Assembly (NCBI RefSeq): GCF_009914755.1
Contig: NC_060927.1
Length of the DNA: 64,000 nt
Strand: one strand, 5' to 3'
Origin: the human T2T-CHM13v2.0 reference genome, Homo sapiens
Both the position numbers and the translations under genes were made by a program. The notes under the pieces were generated by a model, which did no database searches, was not told the DNA's origin, and saw only the letters and a list, made by a program, of their open reading frames with translations. The stretch's first letter is position 1. The number at the start of each line of letters is the position of its first letter. Positions 25,444 to 39,096 of the stretch are shown here, piece after piece.

Positions 25444-26932
25444 GATTACCCGGAAGTAAAAGGCTGTCATAGGAGCTTAATTAGAGTCCCTTGAGAACAA
25501 GGTCTTTTTTTTTTTAATTTAAGTCTCCAATTCCCAATGCACTGAAGTTTTAAATAAATGTTTATTGACCAGAAGAATGTACGTATTTGTATAAGCATTC
25601 TGGAATCAAATAAATTAACACAATGCTGCTTTTATTAATTTTTAAAAAAGACTGTGGAATTTTGTTAATTTCTGTGAACCCCAGTATCAAGTTTCTATGA
25701 TGGCCGCTCTGGTCTGTGCCACTTTGAACATTCAGTGACATTCTCTTCTTTTCCTGGCTCTGCTTTTCAAAGCATGCTTGAAAGAGTATGGTGGAAAAGG
25801 ACACTAATTCATACTAAAGAGTAAAGGATTTATATGGCTTGCTTTCTTATACCTCCAATGGATATTTTCTTTTAACAGAAACAAAAGCTTTAACAAAAAA
25901 GTTTCAAATGTGTCTCTAAAAGTGTGTGCTTGACATCAGTCAGTAATTAGAAGGCAAAAGACATTTCATGGTACAAAAGGTCTTTATCATACTGCTGAAA
26001 TCCCATCATACAAACTATTGCCCATCCTCTCTGTAGGTCTTGTTATGAAATTTTTTTTTTCCAAACAGTTTCACCTGAAGATATCCATTTCTTGGGAGCC
26101 TACCAATTCCTCATCAACCCAGGCCTAGACTTAAAATTGTATCACTTAAGAATAGGTAGTGTCATACATGCTCAATTTCTGACAACAGTTTGCAGAAAGT
26201 TTCGTATAGTTATTCATGGGCTAAGAGAATAGATATTTGATGACATTGGATTTGGTTGGTTAATTTCAGCAGTAACATGCTAAAGTAATATTTCTTAAGA
26301 CGATTCAGACATTAAAAAATAGCACGTGACGTCAGCTTGGAGATCCCTAATATATTCAACTTCTGAATTTATTCCAGGTGAATTCATCACATCTTATTCC
26401 TTTAACTACTTTCCAACTTTACTGAATTCCCAAGCATTTTCTTAGGACCTTATAAAGTTCAATGAGTTTAAAATTCTTGTTACAGAACAAAGGTGCATTG
26501 AAAAATTAACTTGATAGTGAATTTTAGCTCAGTGGACTGTATTTTGCCATTAACTTATCATGAAATTACAGCTTCATTCCCAGAATGAAAAGGGAAGTTA
26601 AGTCTAAATTAAAATTCTATGTAGAAATTTTGTGAAGCTAATCAGATTTTAAAAGAAAGCCATGTCTTGAGTGATAAAATATGAAAATGTAAACATCTTC
26701 TATAAAATAAAGTTATATAAATATATCTGAAGTATATGTAATCTGTTAATTTCCTGGAATCAATGTTTATGGCTCTATTTTAAATCAGTTATTTGGTTAG
26801 TGAACTAATGCAAACAAGACTGGGAGTTTTGTGGTTATATTTGTTCCTCTGCTTCGAGTCATTTAAAAATTCTTCGTGGTCAGCATGTATCTATAGGTTA
26901 TCAAGTATCTCATTAATAGAATCAGCTCTAAA

Positions 26933-28311
26933 ATTTTTTTACTTTTATTCTTTATGTTCTAGGGTACCTGTGCACAAAGTACAGGTTTATTATGTATGTA
27001 TACATGTGCCATGTTGGTGTGCTGCACCCACTAATTCATCATGTACATTAGGTATTACTCCTAATACTACCCCTCCCCCATCCCCTCACCCCACAACAGG
27101 CCCCAGTGTGTGATGTTCCCCTTCCTGTGTCCAAGTGTTCTCATGGTTCAGTTCCCACCTATGAGTGAGAACATGTAGTGTTTGGTTTTCTGTCCTTGTG
27201 ATAGTTTGCTCAGAATGATGGTTTCCAGCTTCATCCATGTCCCTACAAAAGACATTAACTCATCCTTCTTTATGGCTGCATAGTATTCCACAGTGTATAT
27301 GTGCCACATTTTCTTAATCCAGTCTATCATTGATGGACATTTGGGTTGGTTCCAAGTCTTTGCTATTGTGAATAGTGCCGCAATAAACATACGTGGGCAT
27401 GTGTCTTTATAGCAACATGATTTATAATCCTTTGGGTATACACCCAGTAATAGGACGGCTGGGTCAAATGGTATTACTAGTTCTAGATTCTTGAGGAATC
27501 GCCACACTGTCTTCCACAATGGTTGAACTAGTTTACAGTCCCACCAACAGTGTAAAGTGTTCCTATTTCTCCACATCCTCTCCAGCACCTGTTGTTTCCT
27601 GACTTTTTAATGATCACCATTCTAACTGGTGTGAGGTGGTATCTCATTGTGGTTTTGATTTGCATTTGTCTGATGAGCAGTGATAATGAGCATTTTTTCG
27701 TGTGTCTTTTGGCTGCATAAATGTCTTCTTTTGAGAAGTGTTGGTTCATATCCTTCGCCCACTTTTTGATGGGGTTGATTTTTTTGTTGTAAATTTGTTT
27801 AAGTTCTTTGTAGATTCTGGATATTAGCCCTTTGTCAGATGGATAGATTGCAAAAATTTTCTCCCATTCTGTAGGTTGCCTGTTCACTCTCATGGTAGTT
27901 TCTTTTGCCGTTCAGAAGCTCTTTAGTTTAATTCGATGCCATTTGTCTGTTTTGGCTTTTGTTGTCATTGCTTTTGGTGTTTTAGACATGAAGTCCTTGC
28001 CCATGCCTATGTCCTGAATGGTATTGCCTAGGTTGTCTTCTAGGGTTATTATGTTAAGGTCTAACGTTTAAGTCTTTAATCAATCTTGAATTAATTTGTG
28101 TATAAGGTGTAAGGAAGGGATCCAGTTTCAGCTTTCTGCATATGGCTAGCCAGTTTTCCCAGTACCATTTATGAAATAGGGAATCCTTTCCCCATTTCTT
28201 GTTTTTGTCAGGTTTGTCAAAGATCAGATGGTTGTAGATGTGTGGTGTTATTTCTGAGGCCTCTGTTCTGTTCCATTCGTCTACGTATCTGTTTTGGTAA
28301 CAGTACCATGC
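26933..28311 (-). mobile_element. 5'-truncated L1PA (about L1PA5-7), 1.4 kb
   Basis: ORF2 C-terminal peptides ending ...MFSLIGGN* at 27148, L1PA 3'UTR and T-rich tail at about 26933-26955. Confidence 0.95.
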
Positions 28312-30315
28312 AATAAGACAGTAGAAAGAAAGGCATCCAAATTGAAGGAGGAAGTCAATGTATCCTTGTTTCCAGATGACATCATCTTAGATTTGGAAAA
28401 ACCTAAAAACTCCACCAAAAAACTATTAGAATTGTTAAAGTCAGTAAAGTTGTAGGATACAAAATCAACCTACAAAATATCAGTAGCATTTCTATATATC
28501 AATAGCAAAAAAACTTGAAAAGGTAAATGGAATTACTTTCTTGATTTCAATAGTTACAAATAAAATAAAATACCTAGGAGTAAACCAAAGAAATGAAATA
28601 TCTCTACAATTAAAAAAATGGATGTAATAAGTTGAAGAAGACACAAAAAAATGGAAAGATATTCCATGTTCATGGAATGTTTTAAAAAATCAATACTGTT
28701 AAAATCTTCATACTACGCGAAGCAATCTGCAGATTCAGAGCAATCCCTAGCAAAATACCAATGACATTCTTCACAGAAATAGAAAAAATAATCCTAAAAT
28801 GTATATGGGACCACAAAAGACCCAGAATAGCTAAAGCTATCCTGAGCATAAAGAACAAAACTGGAAGAATCACATTACCTGACTTCAAATGTACTACAGT
28901 AACCAAAACAGCATGGTACTGGCACAAGAACAGACATATAGACCTATGGAACAGAATAGAGAATCCAGGAATAAATCCCATCATCTACAGTGAAATCATA
29001 TTCAGCAAAGCTGCCAACAACATACATTTTGGAAGGTACAATCTCGTCAATTAGTGGTCCTGGGAAAACTGGATGTCCACATGCAGAAGAATGAAACTAG
29101 ACCCCTTCTCTTACCATATACAAAAATGATATCAAACTGGATTAAAGACTTAAATCTAAAACCTCACACTATGAAACAGCTAAAAGAAAATATTGGGGAA
29201 ACCCTGCAGGAAATTGATCTGGGCAAAGATATCTTGAGCAATACCCTACAAGCACTGGCAACCAAAGCAAAAATGGACAAATAGGATCACATCAAGTTAA
29301 ACTTCTGCACAGAAGAGGAAACAATCAACAAAGTGAAGAGACAACCCACAGAATGGGAGAAAATATTTGCAAACTATCCATCTGACAAGAATTAACCAGA
29401 ATATAAAAACAACTCAATAGGAAAAACTATTGTAAATAGTATTCCTATAAATAGGAGAAACTCTAATCTGATTTAAAAAGGGACAAAAGATTTGAATAGA
29501 TATTTCTCAAAAGAAGACATACAAATTGCGAACAGGTATATGGAAAGGTGGCCAACCTTACTGAGCATCAGAGAAATGCAAATCAAAACTACAATGCTGT
29601 GTCATCTTACCCAAGTTAAAATGGCTTTTATCCAAAAGTCAGGCAATAACAAATGCTGGTGAGGATGTGGAGAAAAGGGACCCTCATACAGGGTTGGAGG
29701 GAATGTAAATTAATACAACCACTGTGGAGAGAAAAGTGGACATTCCTCAAAAAACTAAAACTAGAAATACCATATGATCCAGCAATCCCACTGCTTTTTG
29801 GTATATACCCCCAAAAAAGGAAATCGGTATATTGAAGAGATATCTGCATTCTCATGTTTATTGTAGCACTATTCACAATGGCCAAGATTTGGTGGCGACC
29901 TAAGTGTCCATCAGCAGATGAATGGATAAAGGAAATGTGGTATGTATACACAATGGAGTACTACTATTCAACCATGAAAAACAATGAGATCCTGTCATTT
30001 GCAACAACGTGGATGGAACTGGAGGACATTATGTTAAGTGAAATAAGACAGGCACAGAAAGATAAACATCACATGGTCTCACTTATTTGAGGGAGCTAAA
30101 AATTAAAACAATTGAACTCATGGAGAAAGTGAGTAGAATGACAGTCACCTGAGGCTGGGAAAGGTCGTTGAAGGTTGGGGGTGGGGGAAGTGGGGATGGT
30201 TATTGGGTATAAAAATATAGTTAGAATGAATAAGATCTAATATTTGACAGCAAAACAGAGCGATTACAGTCAACAATAATTGTACATTTAAAAATGACTA
30301 AGAGTATAATTGGAA
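28312..30315 (+). mobile_element. L1MA2/L1MA3-like element, 5' part (ORF2 second half and 3'UTR)
   Basis: Fragmented ORF2 peptides ([16 protein letters not shown]..., [13 protein letters not shown]...) and L1MA 3'UTR AGAATGAATAAGATCTAATATTTGA...AGAGTATAATTGGA. Confidence 0.9.
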
Positions 30316-30522
30316 TTTTTTTATTATTATACTTTAAGTTTTAGGGTACATGTGCACAATGTGCAGGTTTGTTACATATGTATACATGTGCCATGTTGGT
30401 GTGCTGCACCCATTAACTTGTCATTTACATTAGGTATATTTCCTAATGCTATCCCTTCCCCGACACCACAACAGGCACTGGTGTGTGATGTTCCCCTTCC
30501 TGTGTCCATGTGTTCTCATTGT

Positions 30523-34332
<3,810 letters not shown>

Positions 34333-34395
34333 TATGATGTTAGCTGGTTATTTTGCTCATTAGTTGATGCAGTTTCTTCCTAGCCTTGATGGTCT

Positions 34396-35405
34396 TTACA
34401 ATTCGGCATGTTTTTGCAGTGGCTGGTACTGGTTGTTCCTTTCCATGTTTAGTGCTTCCTTCAGGAGCTCTTGTAGGGCAGGCCTGGTGGTGACAAAATC
34501 TCTCAGCATTTGCTTGTCTGTAAAGGATTTTATTTCCCCTTCACTTATGAAGCTTAGTTTGGCTGGATATGAAATTTTGGATTGAAAATTCTTTTCTTTA
34601 AGAATGTTGAATATTGGCCCCCACTCTCTTCTGGCTTGTAGAGTTTCTGTCAAGAAATCTACTATTAGTCTGATGGGCTTCCCTTTGCGGGTAACCTGAC
34701 CTTTCTCTCTGTCTGCCCTTAACATTTTTTCCTTCATTTCAATTATGAATCTGACAATTATGTGTCTTGGAGTTGCTCTTCTTGAGGAGTATCTTTGGGG
34801 AGTTCTGTGTATTTCCTGAATTTGAATGTTGGCCTGCCTTGCTAGGTTGGGGAAGTTCTCCTGGATAATATCCTGCAGAGTGTTTTCCAACTTGGTTCCA
34901 TTCTCCCCATCACTTTCGGGTACACCAATCAGATGTAGATTTGGTCTTTTCACATAGTCCCATATTTCTTGGAGGCTTTGTTCATTTCTTTTTACTCTTT
35001 TTTCTCTAACTTCTCTTCTTGCTTCATTTCATTAATTTGATCTTCAATCATTTATACCCTTTCTTCCAGTTGATCGAATCAGCTACTGAAGCTTGTGCAT
35101 TCATGTAGTTCTCGTGCCACAGTTTTCAGCTCCATCAGGTCCTTTAAGGACTTCTCTGCATTGATTGTTCTAGTTAGCCATTCGTCTAATCTTTTTTCAA
35201 GGTTTTTAACTTCTTTGCCACGAGTTTGAACTTCTTCCTTTAGCTCGGAGAAGTTTGATTGTCTGAAGCCGCCTTCTCTCAACTCGTCAAAGTTATTCTC
35301 CGTCCACCTTTGTTCCATTGCTGGTGAGGAGCTGCATTCCTTTAGAGGAGGAGAGGCACTCTGATTTTTAGAATTTTCAGTTTTTCTGCTCTGTTTTTTC
35401 CCCAT
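34396..35405 (-). pseudogene. L1 ORF1 (RNA-binding protein), disrupted
   Basis: MGKKQSRKTENSKNQSASPP... stops at 35079; the C-terminal part ...ARREWGPIF...YPAKLSF...QKHAEL* is in a separate ORF. Confidence 0.95.
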
Positions 35406-35980
35406 CTGTGTGGTTTTATCTACCTTTGGTCTTTGATGATGGTGATGTACAGATTGGGTTTTGGTGTGGATGTCCTTTCTGTTTGTTAGTTTTCCTTCTA
35501 ACAGTCAGGACCCTCAGCTGCAGGTCTGTTGGAGTTTGCTGGAGGTTCACTCCAGACCCTGTTTGCCTGGGTATCAGCAGCAGAGGCTGCAGAACGGTGA
35601 ATACTGGCAAACAGCAAATGTTGCTGCCTGAATGTTCCTCTGGAAGTTTTGTCTCAGAGTAGTACCCAGCCGTGTGACGTGTCAGTCTGCCCCTACTTGG
35701 GGGTGCCTGCCAGTTAGGCTACTCGGGGGTCAGGGACCCACTTGAGGAGGCAGCCTGTTCATTCTCAGATCTCAAGCTGCGTGCTGGGAGAACCACTACT
35801 CTCTTCAAAGCTGTCAGACAGGGACATTTAAGTCTGCAGAGGTTTCTGCTGCCTTTTGTTTGGGTATGCCTTGCCCCCAGAGGTGGAGTCTACAGAGGCA
35901 GGCAGACCTCCTTGAGCTGTGGTGGGCTCTACCCGGTTCGAGCTTCCTGGCTGCTTTGGTTACCTACTCAAGCCTCAGCA

Positions 35981-36358
35981 ATGGCGGGTGCCCCTCCCCC
36001 AGCCTCTCTGCCACCTTGCAGTTTGATCTCAGACTGCTGTGCTAGCAATGAGCGAGGCTCCATGGGCGTAGGACCCTCTGAGCCAGGCGCGGGATATAAT
36101 CTCCTGCTGTGCAGTTTGCTAAGACTGTCAGAAAAGCACAGTATTAGGGTGGGAGTGACCCGATTTTCCAGGTGCTGCCTGTCACCCCTTTCCTTGGCTA
36201 GGAAAGGGAATTCCCTGACCCCTTGCACTTCCCGGGTGAGGCAATGCCTCACCCTGCTTTGGCTCACGTTCGGTGCGCTGCATCCACTGTCCTGCACCCA
36301 CTGTCCAACAATCCCCAGTGAGATGCACCTGGTACCTCAGTTGGAAATGCAGAAATAA
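35981..36358 (+). CDS. L1 ORF0 homolog (antisense ORF of the L1 5'UTR), open for 125 codons
   Basis: GCAATGGCG strong Kozak context; MAGAPPPASLPPCSLISDCCASNERGSMGVGPSEPGAGYNL...RVGVTRFSRC matches primate ORF0; TAA at 36356-36358. Homology is clear, expression is unknown. Confidence 0.6.
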   Translation: MAGAPPPASLPPCSLISDCCASNERGSMGVGPSEPGAGYNLLLCSLLRLSEKHSIRVGVTRFSRCCLSPLSLARKGNSLTPCTSRVRQCLTLLWLTFGALHPLSCTHCPTIPSEMHLVPQLEMQK

Positions 36359-36431
36359 TTTGTCTTCTGCGTTGCTCACTCTGGGAGCCATAGACTGGAG
36401 CTGTTCGTATTCGGCCATCTTGGAACAACCC

Positions 36432-36595
36432 ACTGCAATGTTTTTAACCCAAAAAAAATAAATGCTTGAGGTGATGGACTCCCCATTTACCCTGATGTAA
36501 TTATTATGCACTGTATGCCCATATCAAAATTTCTCATGTGCCTCATAAATATGTGCATCTATTATGTACCCATAAAAATAAAAAATAAAAACAAA
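36432..36595 (+). mobile_element. L1MA2/L1MA3-like element, extreme 3' end (continuation of 28312-30315)
   Basis: ATAAATGCTTGAGGTGATGGA...CCCATTTACCCTGATGT...TATTATGTACCCATAAAAATAAAAAATAAAA resumes where the upstream part stops. Confidence 0.9.
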
Positions 36596-36605
36596 TATTA
36601 AAAAC

Positions 36606-36780
36606 CTTTTTTTTTTTCTTGAGACGGGGTCTCACTCTGTTGCCCTAGCTGGAGTGCAGTGGTGCAATTATGGCTCACTGCAGCCTCAACCTCCTGGGCT
36701 CAAATGATCCTCCCACCTCAGCTTCCTCAGTTAGTTAGGACTACAGGCATGAGCCATCATGCCCAGCTAATTTTTTTTCT
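36606..36780 (-). mobile_element. AluJ right arm or FRAM
   Basis: T tail then GAGACGGGGTCTCACTCTGTTGCCC...CTGCAGCCTCAACCTCCTGGGCTCAA...GCCCAGCTAATTTTT. Confidence 0.88.
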
Positions 36781-36789
36781 TCTACAAAA

Positions 36790-36992
36790 ACAACTTTAGT
36801 ATAAAATAGGCTTTATGTCAGATGATTTGGCCCAACTGTAGTCTAAGTGTTCCAAGCATGTTTAAGGTAGACTAGGCTAAGCTATGATGCTTGGTAGATT
36901 AGCTGTATGACGTATGTTTTTGACGTATGATATTTTCAACTTACAATGGGTTTTTTGGAACATAACCTCATCATAAGTCAAGGATCATCTGT
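36790..36992. mobile_element. MER47A (TcMar-Tigger) partial copy
   Basis: GATGATTTGGCCCAACTGTAG...TTTAAGGTAGACTAGGCTAAGCTATGATG...CATCATAAGTCAAGGATCATCTG followed by TA. Confidence 0.8.
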
Positions 36993-37234
36993 ATAGATGA
37001 TGATAATATGGCTAAATGTTTTCTCAAGTTCTATTTTCCAGCTCTAATAATATTTCATCTCAAGTGAATCCCCTCCTTGGTTCTGGTTGCCCATGCAGTT
37101 TAAAACAGCTTTTAAAATTGAACTAGCTAGTGTTCTTACATAAATTTGATATTTTTAAGGCATTGCCAAGTGAAATTTGTAATTCTAAAGAGGAAATCTC
37201 GAATGTTTACTTGTTTTTACACCTAAATTACTCA

Positions 37235-38175
37235 GGTGACATTTTAAAATTCCAGGGAAAAATGTGTAAATCACTACTGCTTTACACTGAGGATTTTGCT
37301 GGCTACTCAGGGCAGCATAATGAGGTCTTTTGACTGAAGATATAGTTCCAACTCAGATCTACTAAGTATGTTTTCATTTTGAACCTTTCGAGAAAATCTT
37401 TTGAGGTCATTCCCTGTGCCCATCTACCCATTTCAGATCATTTATCTTTCTAAGCTTCCCGTGTGCTTGAGAAACCCCTTAAAGACAAGTCAATTACAGA
37501 GTTAACAGTATTTGCATGAAATACAGTAGCTCAATGAAACACACAAAAATTATGTTGGGGTTATTCTTTCTGGAAAAAATGTGGTAGGGTGAGTACTGCT
37601 TCAGTGCTAGCATACTATGGATGCTTATTCATGCCCGATAGCTTCCAAGAGATTTCTCCAAACCCTGACTACTTTTTCTCATCCATGTTCACCACTTACA
37701 CCTAGACTGATGACTACCTGAGTGCTAGAATCAATTGTTAGTGCCTCTCCAGTTGTCAGTCACAGGTGCACCCACAGCTACTTGACCACATGAAAGTGGA
37801 TTACAGTGAATTTTATGAAAGTGGGGACTTTGCAGAATTTACCCTGACATCTGCTTTTTCCATGGTTATTTACTTCTCTCCTAATAAGGTAATGATTGAT
37901 TCTTAGAATCACAGAATCATGAGGTTAAGATAATAACTTTTTAGAAATAAATTATCAGTCTGGTCACATTTTGAAGCTCAGGGGAAAATGTATAAATCAC
38001 TACTGCTTTTGATTGAAGATTTTGCTCCTTATTCAGGGCAGAATAATGAGGTCATTTGCCTGGAGATATAGTTCCAACTCAGATCTACTAAGCATGTTTT
38101 CATTTTGAGTCTTTACTGAGAAAATCTCTGTGATCCTCCCCTGTGCCCATCTACCCATTTCAGATCACGTATCTT
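37235..38175 (+). repeat. Interspersed direct repeat of about 215 bp (37235-37448 and 37962-38175)
   Basis: Shared blocks TAAATCACTACTGCTTT, AGATATAGTTCCAACTCAGATCTACTAAG, ATGTTTTCATTTTGA and CCCTGTGCCCATCTACCCATTTCAGATCA occur in the same order in both copies. Confidence 0.95.
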
Positions 38176-38657
38176 CTTATTCACTTAACGTTCAATGACA
38201 TTATCTTAACAATGAGAAATTTGAAAGTGGTCTGCTTTTCCCAAGGAAACACAGCTTGTTTGGGACATGTAGTCACATCTTATCTTTCCTGTTTTAATGT
38301 GCTGCTTATATATTCTGAATAATAGTAGGAAGGTTATATATCAAACACAGGTTATATATAAAAATTGACCATTTTTGACAAGGGATGATAACTAGTAAAA
38401 TTACAAAACATAAATAAAAATGCCAGTATTTCCCTTCCCTCCTCATTTTTTCTATACTAAATGTTTTATTATACCAAATCATTTACTTAATTATTTAATT
38501 TCTCTCTCCCTGCGGGAATAAAACCCTGTAAAGAGTTTTGTTTGTGCTGTTCCCTAACATACCCCAAGTAGTTAGAGCAGTATTAAGGTGCTCAGTAAAT
38601 ATTGCTTGAATGAATGAATGAACGAATGCAATTAAGACTCTTCAGAGGGATAGAATG

Positions 38658-39096
38658 TGTGTTAGGCTGTTCTTGAGTTGCTACAAAGGAACAACTGAAA
38701 CTAGGTAATTTATAGAGAAAAGAGATTTAATTGGCTCACAGTTCCAGTCCTGTAGGTTGTACAAGCGTGGTGCTGGCATCTGCTTGGGTTCTGAAGAGGC
38801 CTCAGGGAGGTTTTACTCATGGCAGAAAGCAAAGCAGGAGCAAGCATGTCACATGGCAAAAGTGGGAGCAAGAGAGGGCAAGGGGGGGAGCAAATTGGGG
38901 GAATGCTACGCACCGTTAAGCAACCGGATCTCATGAGTACTCACTCATTATTGCAAGGACAGTGCCGAGGGGATGGTGCTAAACCATTCATGAGAAATCG
39001 GCCCACATGATCCAATCACCTTTCGCTAGGCCTTACCGCCAACACTGGGGATTACATCTCAACTGAAGATTTGGAGGGGACATCCAAACTATATTA
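38658..39096 (-). mobile_element. MSTB-type MaLR solo LTR
   Basis: TGTGTTAGGCTGTTCTTG...TTTAATTGGCTCACAGTTC...TACTCATGGCAGAA...AAACCATTCATGAGAAATC...ACATCCAAACTATATTA. Confidence 0.9.
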
